Below, piece after piece: positions 16,638 to 27,159 of a stretch of 64,000 bases of DNA. The notes beneath the pieces are model-generated. The model was not told where the DNA came from, searched no databases, and saw only the letters and a program-made list of their open reading frames with translations. Source of the DNA: a virus. Position 1 is the first letter of the stretch. Each line of letters opens with the position of its first letter. The stretch lies in IMG/VR virus record IMGVR_UViG_3300032315_000748; one strand, 5' to 3'. The position numbers were made by a program, and so were the translations under genes.

Positions 16638-17558
16638 ATGACAATTTTAGTGACTGGTGGGTGTGGATTTATTGGCAGTAATTTTATTCACCATTTAAAA
16701 AAGAGAACAAGTGAAAAAATCATTTGTATTGATAAAATGACTTATGCTGCTGATTATGGAAATATTTCAAATTTAGATATTGAATTATATCCACTTGATA
16801 TTAATAATTCGGATTATGTATTTAAAGAAAATAAAATTAAAACTGTCTATCATTTTGCTGCGGAAAGTCACGTAGATAATTCAATTAAAAGTTGCTCCGA
16901 ATTTATCAATACTAATATTAATGGAACAGTCAATCTTTTGAATCTTTCTATGAAATATAATGTTGAGAAGTTCATTCATATTTCTACGGATGAAGTTTAC
17001 GGTTCAATTGAACACGGTAAATTTACGGAAACAACAACATATAATCCAAGAAATCCATATTCAGCATCAAAGGCTGCAAGTGATCATTTTGTGATGGCTT
17101 TTCATAATACTTACGGTCTTCCTGCTATCATTACAAATTGTTCAAATAACTATGGACCAAGACAGCACGAAGAAAAATTAATTCCAAAGACAATTAAAAA
17201 TTTAATGATGGGGAATAAAGTTCCTATCTATGGTGATGGGCAACAAATTCGTGATTGGTTATATGTTCAAGACCATTGTGAGGCAATTTTAGTTGTGGCA
17301 AAAAAAGGAAAGTTTGGTGAAAAGTATAATATTGGTGGAGAATGTGAAGTCAAAAATCTTGATTTGATAAAAAATATTCTTAATATTATGAAAAAAGAAG
17401 AAGATGTGATAGAATATGTGAAGGACCGTCCGGGGCACGACCGTAGATATTCAACTGATATTACTAAAATACAAACTGAACTTGGTTGGTCTCCTAGATT
17501 TAATTTAGAACAAGGATTGGAAAAAACTATTGAATGGTATAAAAGTCATTTACAATAA
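16638..17558 (+). CDS. rfbB: dTDP-glucose 4,6-dehydratase
   Basis: GGCGFIG, HFAAESHVD, STDEVYG, YSASK, DRPGHDRRY. Confidence 0.93.
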   Translation: MTILVTGGCGFIGSNFIHHLKKRTSEKIICIDKMTYAADYGNISNLDIELYPLDINNSDYVFKENKIKTVYHFAAESHVDNSIKSCSEFINTNINGTVNLLNLSMKYNVEKFIHISTDEVYGSIEHGKFTETTTYNPRNPYSASKAASDHFVMAFHNTYGLPAIITNCSNNYGPRQHEEKLIPKTIKNLMMGNKVPIYGDGQQIRDWLYVQDHCEAILVVAKKGKFGEKYNIGGECEVKNLDLIKNILNIMKKEEDVIEYVKDRPGHDRRYSTDITKIQTELGWSPRFNLEQGLEKTIEWYKSHLQ

Positions 17559-17605
17559 AGGCATTTTAAACTAGAATACATAGTAAAGACATTAATGATT
17601 GGTTT

Positions 17606-18652
17606 ATGAGTCAATATAAAAAAACTGCACTTGTTCTCGGTGCAGGTGGCTTTATTGGAAGTCATATGGTAAAACGATTGAGGTCCGAAGGATATTGGGT
17701 TACCGGAGTAGATATTAAATATCCAGAATATTCTAAAAGTGAAGCAAATGAATTTATTATTGGAAATTTGACAGATCAAATTTTTACTAGTAAAGTAGTA
17801 ATGTTTAAAGGATATCAACAAAATTTTCACAATTTTGTTCCTTCAAAATACATATCAACATTTGATGAAATCTATCAGTTTGCTGCCGATATGGGAGGTG
17901 CTGGGTATATCTTTACTGGAGAGCACGATGCTGATGTGATGAATAATTCTTGTTCTATCAATTTGAATATTCTTCGTTCAGTTAAAAATTTAAATGATAC
18001 TTTTGGGTTGAATAAAACAAAAATCTTTTATTCATCATCAGCGTGTATGTATCCAGAGCACAATCAATTAGATCCCAACAATCCAAACTGTCGTGAAGAA
18101 TCCGCTTATCCTGCTAGTCCAGACTCTGAATATGGATGGGAAAAACTTTTTTCAGAACGTCTTTACTTTGCGTACAATAGGAATTATAATATACCTGTGC
18201 GTGTATGTCGCTATCATAACATCTTTGGCCCCGAAGGGACCTGGAAAGGTGGAAAAGAAAAGTCCCCAGCAGCAATTTGTCGCAAAGTAGCAGAAATTCC
18301 CGATCTTGGTGGGTCTATTGAAGTTTGGGGTGATGGGCGGCAAACTCGTAGTTTTCTTTATATTGATGAATGTATTGAAGCAACACGAAGATTGATGGAA
18401 TCTGATTTTATGGGACCAGTTAATATTGGTTCCGAAGAAATGGTAACAATCAATCAACTTGTAGATATTACTGCTAAAGTTTCTGGCAAAGCAGTACAGA
18501 AAAGATATAAATTGGATGCTCCCCTTGGCGTCCGTGGTCGTAATTCTAATAATGACTTAATTCGTAAAGAACTCGGTTGGGATTATAGTATGACTTTAGA
18601 AGAGGGTATTACAAAAACTTACAAATGGATTGAGGAACAATTAAATGGTTGA
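17606..18652 (+). CDS. NAD-dependent epimerase, GDP-mannose 3,5-epimerase-like
   Basis: GAGGFIG, AADMGGAGYI, SSACMYP, YGWEK, GVRGRNS. Confidence 0.88.
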   Translation: MSQYKKTALVLGAGGFIGSHMVKRLRSEGYWVTGVDIKYPEYSKSEANEFIIGNLTDQIFTSKVVMFKGYQQNFHNFVPSKYISTFDEIYQFAADMGGAGYIFTGEHDADVMNNSCSINLNILRSVKNLNDTFGLNKTKIFYSSSACMYPEHNQLDPNNPNCREESAYPASPDSEYGWEKLFSERLYFAYNRNYNIPVRVCRYHNIFGPEGTWKGGKEKSPAAICRKVAEIPDLGGSIEVWGDGRQTRSFLYIDECIEATRRLMESDFMGPVNIGSEEMVTINQLVDITAKVSGKAVQKRYKLDAPLGVRGRNSNNDLIRKELGWDYSMTLEEGITKTYKWIEEQLNG

Positions 18653-19298
18653 AAATTTTTCTTGGATTGAAAATAGAAAAAGTAATTTTAGAGAATATGT
18701 TCGCTCTTTAGAGGATACTAATATAAGTGAAATTTTGGGAGCAATTCCTTCTGGTTGGAATCTACCTCCAAAAAGTCATAATGAGTTTGTTATTTGGTTG
18801 ATGAATAGAATACAACCAAATCTGACTGTAGAACTTGGTGTAGATTATGGGTATTCTTCATTTTTGCTTGCATTAAATACTAAAAATAAAGTAATTGGTA
18901 TTGATTGTTTTGAAGCAGAAAAACATGCAATAAGAGAATCTGATGATTATCAATTTGTTTTGGATGTCAAAGAAAAATTAAAACTTGATAATTTGGAAAT
19001 TATTAAATCATACTTTAATGATGTAGCAAAAACTTGGGACCAAAAAATTGATTTGCTTCATATTGATGGTCTTCATGACTATGATAATTGTAAGAATGAT
19101 TGCGACACTTGGGCACCATTTTTGCAAGAAAATGGGGTAATTATATTTCATGATACTATATCTGCTCCAGATGGAGTTGGGCGTTTCTTTTCGCAACTTG
19201 AAGTTCCAAAAGTGAATTTTGAAAATTCTTATGGATTGGGAGTTGCTTCAAATAATAAAGAATTAATTGAAGAAATTAAACAAGTTTTTAATTTATGA
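18645..19298 (+). CDS. Class I SAM methyltransferase (Methyltransf_24-like)
   Basis: VELGVDYGYS, IDLLHIDGLHDY, GVIIFHD. Confidence 0.85.
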   Translation: MVENFSWIENRKSNFREYVRSLEDTNISEILGAIPSGWNLPPKSHNEFVIWLMNRIQPNLTVELGVDYGYSSFLLALNTKNKVIGIDCFEAEKHAIRESDDYQFVLDVKEKLKLDNLEIIKSYFNDVAKTWDQKIDLLHIDGLHDYDNCKNDCDTWAPFLQENGVIIFHDTISAPDGVGRFFSQLEVPKVNFENSYGLGVASNNKELIEEIKQVFNL

Positions 19299-19357
19299 TG
19301 TTTGTGTGTGAAATGTGAACAATTATAAAAAATTAGAAATATTTGATTTTTTAAAAA

Positions 19358-20218
19358 ATGAAAAAAATAACTATTCTTGGATCTAGTGGACAGATCGGCG
19401 CTTATCTTACAGATCATCTACGTGAGAAAGGTCATATAGTTGAAGAGTTTGATATAGTCAATGGACCTTCGCAAGATATGACTGTGATACCTAACCAATA
19501 TCTTGAAATAAAAATTAGAGATTCTGATTTTGTATTCTTTCTTGCATTTGATGTTGGTGGTTCTCGTTACCTCAAAAAGTATCAACATACCTTTGATTTT
19601 ATTGATAATAATACCAGATTGATGGCAAATGCTTTTGGTTTATTGGAAAAACATAAAAAGCCATTTGTATTTGCTTCTTCTCAAATGAGTAATATGACTT
19701 ATTCTCCATATGGTGTTCTTAAAAATGTTGGAGAACTTTATACCAAATCTCTAGAAGGTTTAATTGTAAAATTCTGGAATGTTTATGGTATTGAAAAAGA
19801 TCACGAAAAAGCACACGCAATTACTGACTTTATTCGTAAGGGATTTGAAACTGGCGTAATTGATATGCTCACAGATGGACAAGAAGAACGTGATTTTCTT
19901 TATGCCGAAGATTGCTGTGAAGCACTAGAAACTATAATGAATAATTATAAAGAATTTCGTTCTGATGATGATCTACACGTTACAAGTTTTAGATACACAA
20001 AGATTATTGATATTGCTGAAATAATTAAAGGTCAATTTAATTTGATTGGTAAGTATGATGTTAAAATTGTACCATCTAAAGAAACAGATAATATACAATT
20101 GAATAAAAAAAATCAAGCAAATACATTCATCACAAAATGGTGGTTGCCTAAAACAACAATAGATCAAGGAATTTCAAAAGTTTTTAAAGATATGGAGAAA
20201 AATTATGTTAGCGTGTAA
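19358..20218 (+). CDS. NAD-dependent epimerase/dehydratase
   Basis: GSSGQIG, YGVLK, NVYG, RDFLYAED. Confidence 0.85.
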   Translation: MKKITILGSSGQIGAYLTDHLREKGHIVEEFDIVNGPSQDMTVIPNQYLEIKIRDSDFVFFLAFDVGGSRYLKKYQHTFDFIDNNTRLMANAFGLLEKHKKPFVFASSQMSNMTYSPYGVLKNVGELYTKSLEGLIVKFWNVYGIEKDHEKAHAITDFIRKGFETGVIDMLTDGQEERDFLYAEDCCEALETIMNNYKEFRSDDDLHVTSFRYTKIIDIAEIIKGQFNLIGKYDVKIVPSKETDNIQLNKKNQANTFITKWWLPKTTIDQGISKVFKDMEKNYVSV

Positions 20219-21047
20219 TCAACTTGGCAATAATGGAAGACTTGGGAATCAAATGTTCCAATATGCTGCATTAAAAGGTATCGCACATCGTAGAGGATTT
20301 GATTATTGTATTCCCCCATTTGACCAACAAGGAATTGATAATTATGGACTTGGTGATGCTTTTGATATTAAATCTTTTACTGGTGTAGCAAATCTTCCAT
20401 CAGTTGGAGAACCTCACTTTCATTATAGTGAAGAATTTCATAATACTTGCCCAGATGATGTGACTCTTGTTGGATATTTTCAAACTGAAAAATATTTCAA
20501 AGAGATTGAAGATCAAATTCGCAAAGATTTTATTTTTAGAGATGAATGGATGGAACCTTGTAAAGGGTTTCTGCAAGAGTTTGGGGGGCAAGAGATTGCT
20601 TTCCTTCACGTTCGCCGTGGAGATCCAAATCTAGTAGATCGTAGGGGATTTAAATGGGCATACGTGAATTGCTCTGATCAACACCCAGTTCAACCTTTGG
20701 AATACTACGAAGAGGCAATAAAACGGTTGCCAGAAGATATGCCAATATTGGTATTTTCGGATTCAATTGAATGGTGTAAAGAGCAAGAATTCTTTCAACC
20801 GGATAGATTTTTATTTTCAGAACCAGAAGACAAATATTCAGATGGTGCTTTGGTTCCTTATGTGGATTTGTGCTTGATGTCTTTGTGCGATCATGCTATA
20901 ATTGCTAATAGTAGTATGAGTTGGTGGGGTGCTTGGTTGATGAAAAATCCAAACAAGAAAGTAATCGCACCAAAAATGTGGTTTGGGACAGCGTATTCTC
21001 AACATAACATAAAAGATATTTACTGTGATGATTGGGAGATTATTTGA
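20205..21047 (+). CDS. GT11 alpha-1,2-fucosyltransferase-like
   Basis: GRLGNQMFQYA, GYFQTEKYF, HVRRGD, NSSMSWWGAWL. Confidence 0.9.
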   Translation: MLACNQLGNNGRLGNQMFQYAALKGIAHRRGFDYCIPPFDQQGIDNYGLGDAFDIKSFTGVANLPSVGEPHFHYSEEFHNTCPDDVTLVGYFQTEKYFKEIEDQIRKDFIFRDEWMEPCKGFLQEFGGQEIAFLHVRRGDPNLVDRRGFKWAYVNCSDQHPVQPLEYYEEAIKRLPEDMPILVFSDSIEWCKEQEFFQPDRFLFSEPEDKYSDGALVPYVDLCLMSLCDHAIIANSSMSWWGAWLMKNPNKKVIAPKMWFGTAYSQHNIKDIYCDDWEII

Positions 21048-21874
21048 TGATTTATATTTCTGGATCTAATGGATTGATTGGAACAGAACTGACAAAAAAT
21101 ATTCAAAACTATATTCCAATTTCCTACAGAAATCAATATCCAGAAATAAATTTCTTACCAAATTCTACATTAATTCATTTATCATCATCAACTACTCCAA
21201 GAAATAGTTTTGATGAATTGGAATCATCATTTAATAGTGATGTTTTGATTCCTTTTGAATTGTTTCAAAATTATTTAAAAGTAAATCCAAATGGAAGAAT
21301 TATTTTTCTTTCTACTGCTGGGGATTTGCATAGTTCTGAATTTGATATTTGTTCTAATGAAGAATCGCAACCTATCCCAAAGTCAATTTATGGAACACAC
21401 AAATTACTTTTAGAACATTATACAAAGTTGCTTCATAGTCAATATGATTTTACGAGTATAGTTTTAAGAACTACAAATGTTTATGGCGGAAAGATTGACT
21501 CAAAAAGAGTGAATGGATTGATTGATAAGTTGATTTGTAATAATGGTGAAATCGTAATGACATCAAATATCAAAACAACTGTCAATTTTATTCATATTAG
21601 TGATTTGATTAATTTAATTTTACAATCATTAGATGTTAGTCTTAAAGGATTTAATTTATTTTTGGTTGGTAGTGAAAAGTCCATCTCTATTCAAGATTTG
21701 ATAGAAAAAATATCCACATATATTTCTCCAAATATTGTATTTAAAAATGAGAATTCAAATCCTTCATACATAAACATAGACACCTCAAAGGTGCAAAAAT
21801 ATTTCAATTGGAAATGTAATTATTCAATTGATAGTGGCATAATTAAACAAGTACAATCTTTGAATTCTTTATGA
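21047..21874 (+). CDS. NAD-dependent epimerase/dehydratase
   Basis: GSNGLIG, YGTHK, NVYG, NFIHISD. Confidence 0.8.
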   Translation: MIYISGSNGLIGTELTKNIQNYIPISYRNQYPEINFLPNSTLIHLSSSTTPRNSFDELESSFNSDVLIPFELFQNYLKVNPNGRIIFLSTAGDLHSSEFDICSNEESQPIPKSIYGTHKLLLEHYTKLLHSQYDFTSIVLRTTNVYGGKIDSKRVNGLIDKLICNNGEIVMTSNIKTTVNFIHISDLINLILQSLDVSLKGFNLFLVGSEKSISIQDLIEKISTYISPNIVFKNENSNPSYINIDTSKVQKYFNWKCNYSIDSGIIKQVQSLNSL

Positions 21875-22590
21875 AAATTGCTATTTCATTTTTTGGAACA
21901 GGAAGTTATTTAAATTTCCTTCCAAATTGGTATACGTCCATTCACGATAATTTTCTTCCCGGTGTAGAAAAAAAGTTTATTGTATTTACAGATGGAGAGG
22001 GTGATTTTCCAGAAGACATCACTAAAATAGAAATAGAACATTTTGGGTGGCCTGATGTTTTCTACAAAACATTTGAAACAATTTTGAAAGCAAAGGAAAT
22101 TATTTCTGAATGTGATTGGTTTATTTCTATTGACGCAGATATGATTGTTAATGGTAAAGTATCTATTGAAGAGTTTATTGATGAAACCAAAGATTATATT
22201 GGAGTTCATCATCCTTGTGCTTATTTGAAACTTCCGCCACACGACAAATATCCAGGATCGTTTGATGTAAATCCATTATCAAATGCCTGCATCACCGAAG
22301 ATATGGATACTTCTGTTTATTATCAAGGATGTTTGTGGGGTGGAAAGGTTCCTGAAATTCTTGAAATGATGAAACTTTTAGATGAATGGACAAAGAAAGA
22401 TATTGAAAAGAATTCTACTCCCGTTTGGTATGAAGAATCTTATTTTAATAAATTTTTTATTGCAAACAAAGAAAGAGTACATACACTTCCTCCGTCATTT
22501 GCTTATCCAGAAGACTTTAAACAATATTGCGATTTTGAAGAAAAAATCACACACGTATCCAAAAATAATCAACAATATCATAATCAATGA
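21871..22590 (+). CDS. GT6 family glycosyltransferase
   Basis: GTGSY, IVFTD, DAD, YYQGCLWGG, WYEESYFNK. Confidence 0.85.
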   Translation: MKIAISFFGTGSYLNFLPNWYTSIHDNFLPGVEKKFIVFTDGEGDFPEDITKIEIEHFGWPDVFYKTFETILKAKEIISECDWFISIDADMIVNGKVSIEEFIDETKDYIGVHHPCAYLKLPPHDKYPGSFDVNPLSNACITEDMDTSVYYQGCLWGGKVPEILEMMKLLDEWTKKDIEKNSTPVWYEESYFNKFFIANKERVHTLPPSFAYPEDFKQYCDFEEKITHVSKNNQQYHNQ

Positions 22591-23369
22591 CTATGACCAA
22601 AAATTTATCACTTTATTATCATATCTGGAGTCCTGGTGGAACAGATCTTTGGAAATTGATGGTAGATGAACAACTCAAAAGAATTTATCGCAATGGACTT
22701 ACGGAAAGTGCTTCTATCTATTGTGCTATCAATGGACCACAAGCAAACCGAATTGCAGAATATGTTTCTATCTATGATTGGTTGAATGTTCTTGATGTTT
22801 CAATTGATGAAAGTGAATATGAAGGATTCACTTTAAAGAGAGCATACGAAGAGGCACATTTCAATCCAGATTTAAAGGCAGTTGCTTATCTTCACACAAA
22901 AGGCATTAGTCATATGTGTGGAGTTCGGGATCACTACTCTGATCGTAAATTTAGAGCAGTGAATAGTTGGAGACATCAAATGGAATGGGGCATTCTTGAT
23001 CGGTGGAGAGAAGCAGTAGAAAAACTTGACGAACATCAAGTTTCTGGTGTAAACTATTGTTTAGATCCTTGGCCTCATATGAGTGGAAACTTTTGGTGGG
23101 CACGAGCAGATTATCTTAAAACTTTAATTCATCCCACTAGAGATAGATTTCCAAATGACAATAGAGATTTTGGACCAATTCAAAGAATGAATTTTGAAAA
23201 ATGGATTGGACTGAATAACCCAAAATCTTTCAGTTTTTATGATGCTCCATTTAGTTATGATTTTAAAGGAATGACACCAGACGTACAACCAACTCCACCT
23301 GGAGAACCACATTGGTTCTGGTTATACAGAGACGACATTGAACCCTATTATAGAAAGGAAGGTAAATGA
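22587..23369 (+). CDS. Putative glycosyltransferase/glycan-modifying enzyme
   Basis: YEGFTL, YLHTKG, HMSGNFWWA; lies within glycan cluster. Confidence 0.5.
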   Translation: MTMTKNLSLYYHIWSPGGTDLWKLMVDEQLKRIYRNGLTESASIYCAINGPQANRIAEYVSIYDWLNVLDVSIDESEYEGFTLKRAYEEAHFNPDLKAVAYLHTKGISHMCGVRDHYSDRKFRAVNSWRHQMEWGILDRWREAVEKLDEHQVSGVNYCLDPWPHMSGNFWWARADYLKTLIHPTRDRFPNDNRDFGPIQRMNFEKWIGLNNPKSFSFYDAPFSYDFKGMTPDVQPTPPGEPHWFWLYRDDIEPYYRKEGK

Positions 23370-23370
23370 T

Positions 23371-24093
23371 ATGACTTTTGGATGCTTTCATACAGTGTAT
23401 GAAAATAAAAGAGCAACAGAGTTTATTTTGCAAGAGTTTAGGAAATTTTATCCAGATGCTCCTTATACTCTAATTTGTGATGGTGGAGTAGATTACTCCG
23501 ATCTAGCAAAAAAATATAACTGCAAATACGTTCATTCTTATATGCGTATTGGTAGAAGGAATTGGGGAGATCCTTCTGGGATTTATGGATTTACAAAAGA
23601 TGAAAGTCTTCATTGGATTCATCATTTTCGTGAAGCAGCACTTCATGTTAGAGAGAATGGCGGAACTCATATGATTATGATGGAAGATGATGTCCTCACA
23701 CAGGGGAAAGTTAAAATTGATCCTTCTTGGGAATGTGCTGGATTTGATGTTCCTGGAAATAAAATTGAAACAGGACTTTTGGATTACATCTCGCTCAAAT
23801 ATGGAGCAAAACCAAATGTAGATTGGTATGGTGCTGGGGGCGGAAGCATCTATAATATTGACACCTTTCTGGACAATTATCATAAAATTTATGATTTTAT
23901 TGATTTTGAATTTGATTATATTTTAGAAAATCTAGATCATAGATTTGGATGGTTGGATCTTTATATGCAAATTGCTTATTTTATTTGCGGTAAAGATTAT
24001 ACGATTAATACTAATTTGACTGAAACTTGGAAAACACCAGATTTTAGAAATTCAAATTACTCACTTGTTCACGCATATAAAGAACTTTATTGA
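23371..24093 (+). CDS. Putative GT-A glycosyltransferase
   Basis: ICDGG, MMEDDV, GGGSI; cluster context. Confidence 0.55.
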   Translation: MTFGCFHTVYENKRATEFILQEFRKFYPDAPYTLICDGGVDYSDLAKKYNCKYVHSYMRIGRRNWGDPSGIYGFTKDESLHWIHHFREAALHVRENGGTHMIMMEDDVLTQGKVKIDPSWECAGFDVPGNKIETGLLDYISLKYGAKPNVDWYGAGGGSIYNIDTFLDNYHKIYDFIDFEFDYILENLDHRFGWLDLYMQIAYFICGKDYTINTNLTETWKTPDFRNSNYSLVHAYKELY

Positions 24094-24094
24094 T

Positions 24095-25060
24095 ATGAAT
24101 GTTGCTCTGATTGGTCCTGGCATTATGCCCATTCCTCCTGATGGATGGGGCGCAGTTGAAAGTTTAATTTGGGATTATGCTCTTGAGCTTGATAAGTTGG
24201 GACATACTGGTACGATTATTAATACTCCAAACTGGAATGAGATTTTAAATTACTTAAAGCAAGATAAGTATGATTTTGCTCATCTTCATTACGATGTCTT
24301 TCACGAGATATTAGATCTCATTCCAGACATTCCTAAAATTGCTTTAAGTAGTCATTATCCATATATTGATCAATCTTATATGCATCGTAGAGATGGATAT
24401 GATAAAACTTTTGATTTTATTATCAAAAACAAAAAGTATTATATCTTCTGTATCTCCAAAAAAGATTATCAAACTTTCAAAAATGCCGGTGCCGATGAAA
24501 GCAAATTGCTTCTTTCTGAAAATGGTGCAAATCACGAGACCTTTACTTATTCCAAAGAACCAACAAAAGCAAATCGCTCATTATACCTAGGGCAGATTTA
24601 TCATCGCAAAAAGCAGTGGTTGTATCAATCTATTAATTGTATTGATTTTGTTGGAAAGGATAGCAAATCTACTCCATTTGATACCTCAATCAATTATCTT
24701 GGAGAATGGACAGATGAATATAAAAAAGAACATTTGACCGATTATGGGAATCTTGTACTTCTTTCTGATGGAGAAAATGGAACACCACTAGTTGTAAAAG
24801 AAGCACTGATTAATGGTCTTGGTGTTGTGATTTCCAAATATGCAGCACACGATGTAGATACTTCTCTTCCTTTTATTACTTTAATTGATGACGATAAACT
24901 AGAAGATATTGACTATGTAAAGAATAAAATTGAAGAAAATCGTCAAGCATCTTTACCTATTCGTGATGAAATTCGTGATTATGCTATGGAAAATTTCTCT
25001 TGGGAAAAACTTGTCAAACTTTATATTCAAAATATTGAAAAGATGGAGACCATTCAATGA
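24095..25060 (+). CDS. GT4-like glycosyltransferase
   Basis: PIPPDGWGAVE, SDGENGTPLVVKEAL. Confidence 0.8.
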   Translation: MNVALIGPGIMPIPPDGWGAVESLIWDYALELDKLGHTGTIINTPNWNEILNYLKQDKYDFAHLHYDVFHEILDLIPDIPKIALSSHYPYIDQSYMHRRDGYDKTFDFIIKNKKYYIFCISKKDYQTFKNAGADESKLLLSENGANHETFTYSKEPTKANRSLYLGQIYHRKKQWLYQSINCIDFVGKDSKSTPFDTSINYLGEWTDEYKKEHLTDYGNLVLLSDGENGTPLVVKEALINGLGVVISKYAAHDVDTSLPFITLIDDDKLEDIDYVKNKIEENRQASLPIRDEIRDYAMENFSWEKLVKLYIQNIEKMETIQ

Positions 25061-26010
25061 AAATTTGCATCATTGGTCCTGGGTTTTCTCAAATTCCACC
25101 AGTTGGTTGGGGTGCTGTTGAAATTGTAATTTGGGATACAGCAAATACGTTGAAAGAATTAGGACATCAAGTAGATATTATTAATACTACTGATCCTCAA
25201 CAAATTCTTTCAACGATTAATCAAATTAATCCTGATTTTGTCCATGTTCATTATGATGATTATGTCTTCTTATATCCATATATTCAATTTCCAAAAGCAA
25301 TTACAACGCATTATGGATATCTAGAAAGACCAGAAATGTATGGTGCTTATTCACATAAAGCAAATGGATTTGCAAATATCAAACCAAATATTTTTGCTTT
25401 GTCTGATGGCATTAAAAGCATCTATCAAAATCAAATGAGAATTGCAGAACAGAACTTATATACTGTTCCAAATGGTGTGATTAATGACAATTTTAGATTT
25501 ACTAATGTGCCAGAATTTCCAAATAGATCAATTTATCTAGCAAAGGTAGATTACCGAAAGAGACAGTGTTTATTTCAATCAATACCTTCAATTTATTATG
25601 CTGGCAATATTGTAGATGAAAGATTTGATAGAAATAAAAATTATCTTGGGGAATGGTCAAAGGAATATTTGTATAATAATTTAACTGATTATGCGAATCT
25701 TATTTTGCTCTCTGATGGTGAAGCACATCCACTTGTTTGTATGGAAGCACTCTCTGCTGGATTGGGTCTTGTGATTTCTGAATGGGCAACTGCTAATTTG
25801 GATTTAAATAAAGATTTCATTACTGTTATTCCCGAAAGTAAAATTATAGATTTGGAATATGTGTCTTTAAAAATTGAAGAAAATAGAACAATATCTTTAC
25901 AAAAAAGAAATGAAATAGTAGAATATTCAAAAGAATTTGCTTGGAAAAAACAAATTAAAAACTATTATATTCCTGCCGTAAAACAAGTTATACAAAAATC
26001 TAATGGATAA
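25057..26010 (+). CDS. GT4-like glycosyltransferase (paralog of previous gene)
   Basis: IPPVGWGAVE, SDGEAHPLVCMEAL. Confidence 0.8.
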   Translation: MKICIIGPGFSQIPPVGWGAVEIVIWDTANTLKELGHQVDIINTTDPQQILSTINQINPDFVHVHYDDYVFLYPYIQFPKAITTHYGYLERPEMYGAYSHKANGFANIKPNIFALSDGIKSIYQNQMRIAEQNLYTVPNGVINDNFRFTNVPEFPNRSIYLAKVDYRKRQCLFQSIPSIYYAGNIVDERFDRNKNYLGEWSKEYLYNNLTDYANLILLSDGEAHPLVCMEALSAGLGLVISEWATANLDLNKDFITVIPESKIIDLEYVSLKIEENRTISLQKRNEIVEYSKEFAWKKQIKNYYIPAVKQVIQKSNG

Positions 26011-26800
26011 AAACAAATCTACCTACAAACTTCAAGGAATTGGTCCAATTTATTACATTAATCTTGATGGGCAACCAGAAAGAAAACAATATGTAGAAGA
26101 TCAATTTGAGTATTGGGAAATTGAAAATTATACTAGAATTTCTGCTTATGATGGTCGTAATGATGATTTAAGTGATGTTATATCCGGGCGTTATCCGGAT
26201 AATATGACTTCTGGTGAGATTGGGTGTGTTACCTCCCACCTTAAAGCAATCAGGCATTGGTACGAAACAACAGATAGTCCATATGCAATTATTATGGAAG
26301 ATGATGTTGATCTGCAACTTGTGAAGAATTGGGATTTTTCCTGGAAAGATTTTTATTCATTAGTTCCTTATGATTGGGATGTAGTTCAACTTGCTATTAT
26401 TTGTACTGGACCTCTTCATGTGAAACTTCATAAAAGATTTGTAAATGATTTTTCAACTGCTGCTTATATGATTAATCGGCATCACGCAGAAAAACTTTTA
26501 AAGTTTCATATTCGTGGCGATAAGTATAAGCTTGATAATGGATGCAAACCAAGAGCGGTTGCAGATGATCTAGTTTATAATTCTGGAAATACTTATAGTA
26601 TTCCTTTACTTCTTTATAAAATTCAATTGGGTTCTTCTATTCACCCAGAGCACGTTGATATTTTTCACAAATCAAGTCACGATGGTCTTTTGGAATTTTG
26701 GCAACAGAAGGGGGCAGGGTTGAATATTCGGGAACTGATGGATTATGATCCTTATCTCGGCAGAATTACAGAAAATGCCCCAGAACAAAGTAACACTTGA
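26003..26800 (+). CDS. GT25 family glycosyltransferase
   Basis: YYINLD...ER, GEIGCVTSH, IIMEDD. Confidence 0.85.
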   Translation: MDKNKSTYKLQGIGPIYYINLDGQPERKQYVEDQFEYWEIENYTRISAYDGRNDDLSDVISGRYPDNMTSGEIGCVTSHLKAIRHWYETTDSPYAIIMEDDVDLQLVKNWDFSWKDFYSLVPYDWDVVQLAIICTGPLHVKLHKRFVNDFSTAAYMINRHHAEKLLKFHIRGDKYKLDNGCKPRAVADDLVYNSGNTYSIPLLLYKIQLGSSIHPEHVDIFHKSSHDGLLEFWQQKGAGLNIRELMDYDPYLGRITENAPEQSNT

Positions 26801-26825
26801 CAAGTCTTAACATTTCCTATATAAT
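26797..26825 (+). promoter_or_regulatory. Sigma70-like promoter for hli genes
   Basis: TTGACA-17-TATAAT. Confidence 0.75.
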
Positions 26826-26852
26826 TTTGTAGTAAAACTTCATAAAACGAAA

Positions 26853-27062
26853 ATGACTGTAACAACCAATGAGCGTGGACAAAATAATATGTGGGCACTT
26901 GAGCCAAAAGTTTATATTTCTGATGAAGATGCAATCAAATATGGAATTAAAACTTATGCCGAACGTGCTGAATCCGCAAATGGACGTTGGGCAATGCTTG
27001 GATTTGTTGCAGCAATTGTATCTTATGCAACTACTGGACACCTCTTTTTTGGGGTGCTATGA
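26853..27062 (+). CDS. hli: High-light-inducible protein
   Basis: AESANGRWAMLGF, TGH. Confidence 0.92.
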   Translation: MTVTTNERGQNNMWALEPKVYISDEDAIKYGIKTYAERAESANGRWAMLGFVAAIVSYATTGHLFFGVL

Positions 27063-27148
27063 TGAGTGAAGCAATCTTTACCATCACAAGCATTGCCTTC
27101 TTTGTGCTTCTTGCACATTCTATCAATCAACTTTCAGAAACTTACTAA
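27062..27148 (+). CDS. 28-aa hydrophobic peptide
   Basis: MSEAIFTITSIAFFVLLAHSINQLSETY between the two hli genes. Confidence 0.45.
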   Translation: MSEAIFTITSIAFFVLLAHSINQLSETY

Positions 27149-27159
27149 GGAGAACTAAA

